NCBI GenBank assembly: GCA_900317095.1
Contig: ONFL01000035.1
Coordinates: 1 to 63,426 of the forward strand
From: an uncultured Eubacteriales bacterium
GTDB lineage: Bacteria > Bacillota > Clostridia > Lachnospirales > Lachnospiraceae
Length of the DNA: 63,426 nt
Direction: 5' to 3'
Shown piece after piece: positions 46,647 through 54,508 of this stretch. Positions within the stretch are counted from its first letter, which is position 1; each line of letters opens with the position of its first letter. Below the pieces are notes generated by a model, which searched no databases, was not told where the DNA came from, and was given only the letters and a program-made list of their open reading frames with translations. Made by a program: the position numbers and the translations under genes.

Positions 46647-46813
46647 ATTGAATTGCTCTGACTGTTGATTTTCTGGAAAATGCGGTTAACGAGGGATGTA
46701 AGCTTTTCTTTGAAGATGATGACCAGACCGATCAGGACAACCAGGATCAGAATAATCTCTACGACCCCGACTGCATCTTCTTCCAATAGAAATCTGACAG
46801 CTAAATATTTCAT
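46643..46813 (-). CDS. flp: Flp-family type IVb pilin (56 aa; absent from the ORF track)
   Basis: My translation of the minus strand is MKYLAVRFLLEEDAVGVVEIILILVVLIGLVIIFKEKLTSLVNRIFQKINSQSNSI. It has the Flp motif G/VVE plus a hydrophobic helix. RBS GAAAGGAG lies 9 nt upstream. The stop overlaps the next gene's ATG. Confidence 0.85.
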   Translation of the reverse strand: MKYLAVRFLLEEDAVGVVEIILILVVLIGLVIIFKEKLTSLVNRIFQKINSQSNSI

Positions 46814-46856
46814 AAGCACATTCTCCTTTCAGAAATCAGTTTCAAGCTGTGCGGCA

Positions 46857-46885
46857 AGTATAGCAATCCCGGGAGCGGATGTAAA
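46857..46885 (-). promoter_or_regulatory. Putative sigma-A promoter of the flp operon (TTTACA-N17-TATACT)
   Basis: Read on the minus strand, TTTACA (46880-46885) and TATACT (46857-46862), about 45 nt upstream of the flp ATG. Confidence 0.5.
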
Positions 46886-46914
46886 GCAAAAATATCAGAA
46901 AATAACAACAATAT

Positions 46915-46971
46915 TTCGACAAAATTCGATAAATTTCGACAATATCAATCGCAGATCGACATGATTCGACA
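46915..46971 (-). promoter_or_regulatory. Array of five 10-bp-phased Spo0A-box-like heptamers
   Basis: On the plus strand, TTCGACA at 46915, 46935 and 46965 is the exact reverse complement of TGTCGAA. TTCGATA at 46925 and ATCGACA at 46955 each have one mismatch. All point in the direction of flp transcription. Confidence 0.6.
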
Positions 46972-47023
46972 AAAAAAGGCGCCAGCTTTCGCTGACGCCG
47001 TCATAAAAAATACAAAAATGTTT

Positions 47024-47419
47024 TCAGGTTCGCTTTTTGAAACTGGTATGACATCTGGGACAGGTAATCATGATATGTCCCTTGCCTTTGGGGATGCGGA
47101 TCTTCTGGCCGCAGCCCGGACAGATAAATATCTTATACGCTGACTGCTGTCCCCAGCTGCCCCTTCTGCCCCGGAAAATACCGAGGAAACGGTCCTTAAA
47201 TTCAAGATATCTTGCATTTTCAGCAGATCGCTGCTGTATGTTTCTGGAGAACATTCTTACATAGGCAAGGATGAGAAAAACGATTGAGATAATGTAAGGA
47301 ATGTTTGAATGGAGAAACCAGGTAAGAACGGCTCCGATAACCGCTATTACAACCATAAGTCGGTTCAGCTGATCATTGCCATAACGACCGCTCATAAAAT
47401 TTCTAAATCTGCTGCCCAT
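47024..47419 (-). CDS. Membrane protein with C-terminal zinc ribbon
   Basis: Internal ATG at 47419 after GAGGTG. Two TM helices, then CPGCGQKIRIP....ITCPRCHTSF (CxxC...CxxC). Confidence 0.65.
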   Translation of the reverse strand: MGSRFRNFMSGRYGNDQLNRLMVVIAVIGAVLTWFLHSNIPYIISIVFLILAYVRMFSRNIQQRSAENARYLEFKDRFLGIFRGRRGSWGQQSAYKIFICPGCGQKIRIPKGKGHIMITCPRCHTSFKKRT

Positions 47420-47525
47420 AGCTATATTCACCTCTTCATTTTCAGTCTGCATTAGAACAAGTATAAACTGAATCCCCCCAAAAATCATTAAATGCCATGA
47501 TTTTTTATGGTTTTTTTATAAAGCT

Positions 47526-47594
47526 TTCGACATGATCTGTCGGAATATGTCGATCCGCTGGTAATTTACCCGAAAATTGTCGAAAAACATCGAA
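47526..47594 (+). promoter_or_regulatory. Second array of 10-bp-phased Spo0A-box-like heptamers
   Basis: TTCGACA (inverted, perfect) at 47526. TGTCGGA at 47538, TGTCGAT at 47548, acCCGAA at 47568, TGTCGAA (perfect) at 47578 and caTCGAA at 47588. The direct-repeat members fall on a 10-bp register. Confidence 0.55.
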
Positions 47595-47623
47595 ATATTA
47601 CTGCTAATATTCAGAAAAATCTG

Positions 47624-47653
47624 TTTACATAACCTGCCGGACTCTGCTATACT
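47624..47653 (+). promoter_or_regulatory. Putative sigma-A promoter of the plus-strand Tad operon (TTTACA-N18-TATACT)
   Basis: Same hexamers as the flp promoter, 37 nt upstream of the ATG at 47690 (RBS AGGGAGGA). Confidence 0.5.
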
Positions 47654-47689
47654 GCGTCTTATCTTTCAATAGCAGGGAGGAAATATTTT

Positions 47690-48211
47690 ATGTCAGACGT
47701 AGTTATGATTTCAGTACTTGCGGCGGCTGCTGCCTGCGATTTGAAAACCGGCAGGATACCCAATCTGCTGATCCTGTTCGGGGCGCTCACGCTCCTCTTC
47801 CTACGCATTGGAGGGGGCGGCCCCCCTGGCGCAGTTTCTATGGCAGAGGGAGCAGTTCTGCCGGCGGTGTTGTGCGCGCCTCTATTTGTTTTTTCCATGC
47901 TGGGAGCAGGTGATATCAAGCTTTTGATGCTTGCCGGCCTATGCAGAGGTTTTCCGCGGATCCTTTCCGTGCTGGTCTGCAGCTGCGCTGCCGGCGCGGT
48001 TATTGCACTGACCCGGATCTTTATATACAGGATGGGAGCTGCAAGAAAAATGTATTTTCTGCATTATATCCAGAAAGTTATCCGGTTGGGTAAGCCTGTT
48101 CCTTATATTTCCGAGGCAGAGAAAAAGAGTCGGGCGCAATGGCTTTTCCCCTTTTCAACAGCGATCCTGGCCGGTTTTATCATGGATATTTTGATCAGTG
48201 AGGTGCGGTAA
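47690..48211 (+). CDS. A24-family prepilin peptidase (CpaA/TadV-like), copy 2
   Basis: AACDLKTGRIPN and LGAGDIKLLMLAG are the two catalytic-Asp motifs. Polytopic. Confidence 0.8.
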   Translation: MSDVVMISVLAAAAACDLKTGRIPNLLILFGALTLLFLRIGGGGPPGAVSMAEGAVLPAVLCAPLFVFSMLGAGDIKLLMLAGLCRGFPRILSVLVCSCAAGAVIALTRIFIYRMGAARKMYFLHYIQKVIRLGKPVPYISEAEKKSRAQWLFPFSTAILAGFIMDILISEVR

Positions 48212-49096
48212 ATGAAAAATATGGTTCTTTCCATTCTGGAGAAGGATGAACTATATGGGAGGCGGCTGGCAGATTATATCAGCCGGAGAGAGGGGTCTCC
48301 TTTTAATGTCCGGTTATTCCTGCAGCACCCGGCGGATGCCGGGAAGCTGAAGGGAAGTGACCTGATCCTGGAAGCCTCTGCTCTAATGGACCAGTATAAG
48401 GATATGCGATGGGAAGCGCCTCTGCTTATTCTGGATGAAGGAGCGGGAGTCCGCACGGCAGACAGCATCTATAAGTTTCAATCCGCGGGAGTCATTTATG
48501 AAGCAGTCTTACGCAGCTGCATGCGTAGCGGGAGGGAATACGCGCAGCTTCCGCAGCATGAAGAATGTGAACTGGAAATTTTTTTCTGCACAGAAAAGTC
48601 GGAAATAATGGAAAACAGAATCCGCAGCTGGTGTGAAAAACAGAATGAAAGACAGAAACTACTGTATATCGATCTGGAGCCGGTTCCGGCCTGCCCGATG
48701 GATGAGGCTTCTCCGGGAACTTTATCAGATCTTATTTACTATATAAAGCAGTATAGTGAGCATGCGGGGAGCAGAGTGAAAGCCCTGCTTTCTCAGGATG
48801 CGTATGCTTCTATAGCACCGCCGCGGCTGAGCAGTGAGATAGAAGAACTCAGCAGGGAAGAATGGGAAGAACTGCTGGATGTGCTGAAGAGAGAGAGCGG
48901 CTGCCGGATTCTGGTTCTGGATTATGGATGCAGTCTGCCGGAAAAGACTCTTTTGGACAGCTGCCGCCGGATCCGCATCTTCAGCGGAGCAGCCCGGCGG
49001 GATGAACTTATATCACAGCGTTTCATTCAGGCAATGACGGTGCTTGGCGGGAATCTGTACTTAGATAAGATTGTCAGGGAGGATGGCGGATCATGA
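48212..49096 (+). CDS. TadZ/CpaE-like assembly protein lacking a P-loop
   Basis: It occupies the position upstream of cpaF. The N-terminal ~120 aa are receiver-like. The C-terminal half has a ParA/MinD-like beta-strand pattern (LLYIDLEP, ILVLDYG) but no GxxGxGK[ST]. Assignment is tentative. Confidence 0.5.
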   Translation: MKNMVLSILEKDELYGRRLADYISRREGSPFNVRLFLQHPADAGKLKGSDLILEASALMDQYKDMRWEAPLLILDEGAGVRTADSIYKFQSAGVIYEAVLRSCMRSGREYAQLPQHEECELEIFFCTEKSEIMENRIRSWCEKQNERQKLLYIDLEPVPACPMDEASPGTLSDLIYYIKQYSEHAGSRVKALLSQDAYASIAPPRLSSEIEELSREEWEELLDVLKRESGCRILVLDYGCSLPEKTLLDSCRRIRIFSGAARRDELISQRFIQAMTVLGGNLYLDKIVREDGGS

Positions 49097-50376
49097 CGGA
49101 ATATAAAAATTTAATAGAGGATATCAGGTCAGACGTGGACCGGCAGATGGATATGAGCCGGGAAATGAATGATGAAGAGATAGGCAATATTATTGACGAC
49201 GCGATCATGAAAAAGAGCAGGCAGATATATATGAGCGCTGCGGCAAAGCTCAACCTGCGGCAGGACCTTTTTAATTCTATCCGCAGACTGGGCCTGCTGC
49301 AGGAGCTGATCGATGACGGCGAGATAACGGAAATCATGGTGAACGGGCCGGAGAATATCTATTACGAGAAACAGGGCGTCATTTTCCGCTGGGACAAGTG
49401 CTTTGAATCCCGGCAGCAGCTTGAGGATATCATTCAGCAGATCGTATCCAGATCAAACCGTTATGTAAATGAATCCGTGCCTATTGTGGATGCCCGCCTG
49501 GAGGACGGTTCCCGTGTGAATGTGGTTCTGGATCCAGTCGCTCTTAATGGTCCTATCCTGACTATAAGAAAATTTCCAGAGAAAGCCATAAGTATGGAGG
49601 ATCTGATAAACTGGGGCAGTATTTCGAGGGAAGCCGCGGAATATCTGAAGGTGCTGGTCAGAGCCGGCTATAATATTTTTATCAGCGGAGGAACCGGATC
49701 AGGGAAGACGACATTCCTGAATATTCTGGCCGGTTTTCTCCCGGCAGGCTGCAGAGTGATCACCATAGAGGATTCTGCCGAACTGCAGCTGCAGAACGTT
49801 ACAAACCTGGTCCGTCTGGAAGCACGGCAGGCAGATCAGGAGGGCAGCAGTTCGGTTACGATCCGGGATCTGATAAAGACCAGTCTGCGGATGCGGCCAG
49901 ACTGCCTGATTGTGGGAGAAGTCCGTGGAGCGGAAGCCCTGGATATGATTCAGGCCATGAACACGGGAGCTGATTCCCTGAGCACCGGTCATGCAAATTC
50001 TTCCAAAGACATGCTTTCACGTCTGGAGACCATGGTCCTGATGGGAACAGATATCCCAATGCAGTCTATCCGCAGTCAGATTGGATCGTCCATTGATATT
50101 CTGGTACATCTGGGCCGGCTGCGCGATCACAGCCGCAGAGTACTGGAGATTACGGAACTGGAGGGATATGAAGACGGAAAATATATGCTGAACCCATTGT
50201 TCAGATTCCGCGAATTACATGAGCTGGCAGGGGAGGAGATCATTTATGGCGGCAGACGGCTTGACGAGGTGGACGGACAGCTTGAAAGAACAGGCAATAA
50301 GCTTCTTAACCGGCAGAAGCTGGAAGCATCGGCACTTATCCTCCAGGAGGGGTACCCGGAAAGATACTCACAATAA
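49093..50376 (+). CDS. cpaF: CpaF/TadA-family secretion ATPase
   Basis: Walker A ISGGTGSGKTTFLN, Asp box ITIEDSAEL, Walker B PDCLIVGEVRG, His box GHANS. Confidence 0.9.
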   Translation: MTEYKNLIEDIRSDVDRQMDMSREMNDEEIGNIIDDAIMKKSRQIYMSAAAKLNLRQDLFNSIRRLGLLQELIDDGEITEIMVNGPENIYYEKQGVIFRWDKCFESRQQLEDIIQQIVSRSNRYVNESVPIVDARLEDGSRVNVVLDPVALNGPILTIRKFPEKAISMEDLINWGSISREAAEYLKVLVRAGYNIFISGGTGSGKTTFLNILAGFLPAGCRVITIEDSAELQLQNVTNLVRLEARQADQEGSSSVTIRDLIKTSLRMRPDCLIVGEVRGAEALDMIQAMNTGADSLSTGHANSSKDMLSRLETMVLMGTDIPMQSIRSQIGSSIDILVHLGRLRDHSRRVLEITELEGYEDGKYMLNPLFRFRELHELAGEEIIYGGRRLDEVDGQLERTGNKLLNRQKLEASALILQEGYPERYSQ

Positions 50377-50431
50377 GGAAAGGCGTTTTGATCTCTCTAT
50401 AAGGGAGAAACTGCTGGCGATCCTGGAAGGG

Positions 50432-51124
50432 ATGCTGATCGTATGCGCCGGGACCTGGCTGTGCTGGCGTAATCCTTGGATGATGCTTCCGGCAAGTCTG
50501 TTTCTTCCGTTTTTCATCAGGTCCAGACAGAAGCAGAAAAAACACCGGATGTGGCTGCAGCAGCAGGCGGAATTCAAGAATGTAATGGATATTCTGTACA
50601 GTTCTACAGCCGCCGGAAGTACTCTACCAAAAGCCTTCCGGGACGCCGCCGGTCAGATGCGGCTTGCCCCGGAGCGGTTCCCGGTCCTGCTGCCTGAGTT
50701 TGAGCGAATATGCGGTCAATTGGACCGCAATGTAAGCATGGCGGCTGCACTTACTTCTTTTGGTGAGCGGAGCGTGGACGGAGATATCCGGGATTTCGCG
50801 CGTATTCTGACCCTGTCTGTACGCAGCGGCGGAGATCTGCCGGCTATTATAAAGAAGACAAAGGATACCATTGTTATGCGGATGGAGACAAATCTGGAGA
50901 TTGATACCATGCTTGCGGCCCGGAAGGGAGAACTGCGGATCATGACAGTTGTTCCTCCGGCGATCATTCTGTATCTGAATCTGACATCGCCTGATTATAT
51001 GGATGTGCTCTACAGCAGCCTGAAAGGGGCTGTTCTTATGACAGCAGCACTGGGAGTCTATATAGCTGCGGTCGCGGCAGGGAGGAAGATCCTGAGAGTG
51101 GATGAGGATGGTGGTATGCTATGA
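50432..51124 (+). CDS. tadB: TadB-like type II secretion system F-family membrane protein (start uncertain)
   Basis: T2SSF-like cytoplasmic domain flanked by TM helices. ORF opens at 50219 inside cpaF. Canonical in-frame starts are 50219, 50246, 50261(TTG), 50282(TTG) or 50432. Confidence 0.7.
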   Translation: MLIVCAGTWLCWRNPWMMLPASLFLPFFIRSRQKQKKHRMWLQQQAEFKNVMDILYSSTAAGSTLPKAFRDAAGQMRLAPERFPVLLPEFERICGQLDRNVSMAAALTSFGERSVDGDIRDFARILTLSVRSGGDLPAIIKKTKDTIVMRMETNLEIDTMLAARKGELRIMTVVPPAIILYLNLTSPDYMDVLYSSLKGAVLMTAALGVYIAAVAAGRKILRVDEDGGML

Positions 51125-52557
51125 TGAAGATTATGTGCATCATTATAACCGGAGTTTTGCTGCTTCCATTTGCCGCAGGGCTGTTTTCATGCAGAAAACA
51201 GGGCGGGAAGCGCACTTTTCGCGGACTGTTCAGGCAGACAGCCGGCTGGATCCTGAAATATATTCCCGAAAATCCTGCGCTGGCGGCGCGCCGGCGGGAG
51301 ACGGCTGCCAGACTTTATCCAGGGATAGATGCGGAAGGTTTTTGCAGAGAAAGCAGGATCAGAAAAACAGAAAAGCTTTACGGGGCGCTTGTTTTATTCT
51401 GCCTTCTGCTGATCTGCAGTGTATTTGCAGGAGAGGAAACTGTCATCTCCGGCGGCCGGATCGCGCGGGGACTTCCCTCGGACCCGGAGCAGACGGTTTC
51501 TCTGCTGGCAAGATCGGAGGATGGACAGGAGCAGCAGATGGATATTGTCGTAAAACCCAGGCAGTATTCGGATGCAGAGCGGGAGCAGCTGTTTGAACGT
51601 GCCCGAAAGTATATTGATTCTGTCATAAAGGGACAGAATTCCTCCCTGGACCAGGTAAAGTATCCTCTTGTTTTTCCGGACAGACTGCCCGGGGAAAATG
51701 TCTCCATCATATGGGAATGTGAAGATTATTCTCTGGTCGGGGCAGACGGCAGGCTGGGCGATCTCTCTCATATTCAGCTGCCTGCGCACACTACGGTGAA
51801 GGCTGTCGTACAGTATGGTGATTATAAGCAGGAATATGAAAAGAAGATCAGAATCACGGAATATATCCGTTCACAGGAACAGAAGGATCGGGAGGCACTG
51901 CAGAGCGCGTTGACAGAAGCGGAGAAGAAATCCAGCCAGGAAGAGTTCCTGCAGCTGCCGGACCGGGCAGGAGGGAAGAAAATCAGCTGGGTCTATGAGA
52001 AGGAGACAAAGACAGCGGCACTGCTGGTACTCTGCTTTGCCTCAGGCGCCGGATTTTTTGCTCACGAAAAGGAAAAGCAGAAGAAGCTGCTGCAGGCCCG
52101 CAGAGAGAGTCTGTCGGCATGGTATCCGGTTTTTGTGCATAAAATGGTGCTGATGCTGAGCTGCGGGATGACTGTCCGCAGAAGCTGGCAGGAATGTATG
52201 CTGGATCTGGGCGCGGAAAAAGAGGGCCGGAAAAGCTGGCTTTACCGGGAAATGTATTATTCCTGGCTGCAGATGCAGACCGGGCAGCCGGAAATCCAGG
52301 TTTATCAGGAATTTGGAGAAAGGGCAGACGAGCCGGGCTACGCGCAGTTTGTCCAGCTGCTGGTGCAGAGGATCCGACAGGGAAATAAAGGGATGCAGGA
52401 CATGATGCTTTCACTGGCCAGGTCTGCCCAGAACCGCAGAAGAGAAATCGCGAAACAGCGGGGAGAAACCGCCGGCACGCGTCTGCTGCTCCCCATGATC
52501 ATGCTCTTGGTCGTTGTGCTGTCAATTGTGATGTTTCCGGCCCTGCTTTCTATGTGA
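51121..52557 (+). CDS. tadC: TadC-like type II secretion system F-family membrane protein with extended N-terminal domain
   Basis: The C-terminal ~170 aa are T2SSF-like and end in the TM helix LLLPMIMLLVVVLSIVMFPALL. ATGA-type overlap with tadB. Confidence 0.7.
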   Translation: MMKIMCIIITGVLLLPFAAGLFSCRKQGGKRTFRGLFRQTAGWILKYIPENPALAARRRETAARLYPGIDAEGFCRESRIRKTEKLYGALVLFCLLLICSVFAGEETVISGGRIARGLPSDPEQTVSLLARSEDGQEQQMDIVVKPRQYSDAEREQLFERARKYIDSVIKGQNSSLDQVKYPLVFPDRLPGENVSIIWECEDYSLVGADGRLGDLSHIQLPAHTTVKAVVQYGDYKQEYEKKIRITEYIRSQEQKDREALQSALTEAEKKSSQEEFLQLPDRAGGKKISWVYEKETKTAALLVLCFASGAGFFAHEKEKQKKLLQARRESLSAWYPVFVHKMVLMLSCGMTVRRSWQECMLDLGAEKEGRKSWLYREMYYSWLQMQTGQPEIQVYQEFGERADEPGYAQFVQLLVQRIRQGNKGMQDMMLSLARSAQNRRREIAKQRGETAGTRLLLPMIMLLVVVLSIVMFPALLSM

Positions 52558-52567
52558 TTTTATTATT

Positions 52568-52596
52568 TTGACACGATTCTGCAAAGAGGCTACAAT
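52568..52596 (+). promoter_or_regulatory. Near-consensus sigma-A promoter (TTGACA-N17-TACAAT)
   Basis: Seen directly, 50 nt upstream of the rhomboid gene. Confidence 0.55.
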
Positions 52597-52646
52597 ATAA
52601 TCAGCAGACTGCCCCTAAAGCCCAGGGAGAGGCTGCGGACTGGAGA

Positions 52647-53306
52647 ATGCGGAGGATATTTATGGCCTGTTACAGCAGATACAGCGGCACGGTCCGGAGA
52701 GTGCTTACCCCGGTGAATACGGCTGTCATTGTGGTCAATGTCATCATATTCATATGGATGAGTCTGATCGGGGATACCAACGATATCAATTTCATGTACC
52801 GTCATGGAGCAGATGCCTGGTTTGCGGTGTTTGAGAAGCACGAATATTACCGGCTGCTGACAGCGGCATTTATTCATTTTGGATTTGCCCATCTGTTCAA
52901 TAACATGCTGGTGCTGGCTTTTATCGGTGACAACCTGGAGCGGGCTCTGGGTCCTGTCCGCTATGTGGTTCTCTATCTTTGCAGTGCGGTAGGCGCCAAT
53001 CTGGTATCGGATGTCTGGTGCATGTACCGGCAGGAGCTGATCATTTCCGGAGGCGCTTCCGGCGCCATTTTCGGCGTTGTCGGCGCCATGCTGGTCATTC
53101 TCATCCGCAATCACGGAAGACTGGAGGATCTGAGCACGAACCAGGTAGCTCTTTTCGCGGCTTTTTCCATCTATCATGGGATCAGCAGCTCCGGTGTAGA
53201 CAACGCGGCTCATGTGGGAGGATTTATTGTAGGGGCAGGTCTGGGACTGATCCTGTATCGCAGGAAGGATACACGTACCCGAAGGGGTCGTCACAATTGG
53301 AGGTAA
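52647..53306 (+). CDS. Rhomboid-family intramembrane serine protease
   Basis: Motifs YRLLTAAFIHFGFAHLFNNM and GASGAIFGVVGA (catalytic Ser), plus AHVGGF (catalytic His). Confidence 0.9.
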   Translation: MRRIFMACYSRYSGTVRRVLTPVNTAVIVVNVIIFIWMSLIGDTNDINFMYRHGADAWFAVFEKHEYYRLLTAAFIHFGFAHLFNNMLVLAFIGDNLERALGPVRYVVLYLCSAVGANLVSDVWCMYRQELIISGGASGAIFGVVGAMLVILIRNHGRLEDLSTNQVALFAAFSIYHGISSSGVDNAAHVGGFIVGAGLGLILYRRKDTRTRRGRHNWR

Positions 53307-53312
53307 GGAATA

Positions 53313-53735
53313 ATGGTAGATAAAGATTGTATTTTCTGTTCACTGGCAAATGGCGTCATTCCGACAAATACCGTTTACGAGGATGACCAGTTCAGGGTCA
53401 TTCTGGACGCGTCTCCGGGGACCCGCGGACATGCGCTGATTCTTCCCAAGCAGCACTTTGCGGATATTTTCGAGATTGACGAGGCCGTATTGCGGGATCT
53501 GATCGTGCTGACAAAGAAACTTGCGGCTGCCATGAAGGATACACTGCACTGCGACGGGGTAAATGTTATTCAGAACAACGGGGAAACCGCGGGTCAGACC
53601 GTATTTCATTTTCATATGCATGTAATTCCCCGCTATAAGGACGACGGCCAGGTGATCGGCTGGAAGCCGGGGCAGTCTGATCCCGCTGTACAGGAAGAAC
53701 TTGTAAAGACGATCGCTGCCGGCCTGAAGAAATGA
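53313..53735 (+). CDS. HIT-family (histidine triad) protein
   Basis: CIFC.......P...VYED....V.LD, and the HIT motif HFHMHVIPR. Confidence 0.9.
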   Translation: MVDKDCIFCSLANGVIPTNTVYEDDQFRVILDASPGTRGHALILPKQHFADIFEIDEAVLRDLIVLTKKLAAAMKDTLHCDGVNVIQNNGETAGQTVFHFHMHVIPRYKDDGQVIGWKPGQSDPAVQEELVKTIAAGLKK

Positions 53736-53786
53736 CCCGCGGTGCAGACAGCAGACAATAAGAGCAGAACAGGAGAACAGACAGGT

Positions 53787-54485
53787 ATGATAGGTGTTAT
53801 CGGAGCAATGGATCAGGAAGTAGCCAGACTGCGGGCGGATATGGAGTCTCCGCGGGTAAGGGAATATGCTTCCATGAAATTTTATTCCGGGAAGCTCTGC
53901 GGCGCAGATGTTGTTGTCGTGCGTTCAGGAGTCGGGAAGGTGAATGCGGCGGTCTGCACACAGATCCTCGCGGATATCTATCACGTGGACGCAGTGATAA
54001 ACACCGGGGTTGCGGGATCTTTAAATCCGGCCATCGATATCGGCGATATTGTTGTCTCGGTGGATGCTGTCTATCATGATGTGCATGCGGAAGTCTGGGG
54101 CTATGAGCCCGGGGAGGTTCCTCAGCTTGGTCAGGTGTTTTTCCCTGCGGATGAGCGCCTTGGAGAGATTATCCGGGACGTATGCCGGCAGGTAAATTCC
54201 GGGATCGGTGTGCATGCCGGCAGGATTGCCAGCGGGGATCAGTTTGTTTCCGATGATGGTGTCAAGAAAAGGATTGCAGATGTCTTTCACGCGGACTGCG
54301 CGGAGATGGAAGGATGCGCGATTGCGCAGACAGCATGGCTGAACCGGATCCCCTTTGTTATTATCCGGGCGATCTCTGATAAAGCAGATGGCAGCGCCAG
54401 GATGGATTATGATGAGTTTGAAGCAAAAGCAATTGAGAACAGTGTAAGACTTGTTGAGGCAGCAGTTCCCAGAATAGATATCTGA
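53787..54485 (+). CDS. mtnN: 5'-methylthioadenosine/S-adenosylhomocysteine nucleosidase
   Basis: [12 protein letters not shown]-terminus, [16 protein letters not shown] and IRAISD motifs. Internal ATG at 53787. Confidence 0.9.
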   Translation: MIGVIGAMDQEVARLRADMESPRVREYASMKFYSGKLCGADVVVVRSGVGKVNAAVCTQILADIYHVDAVINTGVAGSLNPAIDIGDIVVSVDAVYHDVHAEVWGYEPGEVPQLGQVFFPADERLGEIIRDVCRQVNSGIGVHAGRIASGDQFVSDDGVKKRIADVFHADCAEMEGCAIAQTAWLNRIPFVIIRAISDKADGSARMDYDEFEAKAIENSVRLVEAAVPRIDI

Positions 54486-54508
54486 GGAAAGATGAGGAGG
54501 TCACAGCC

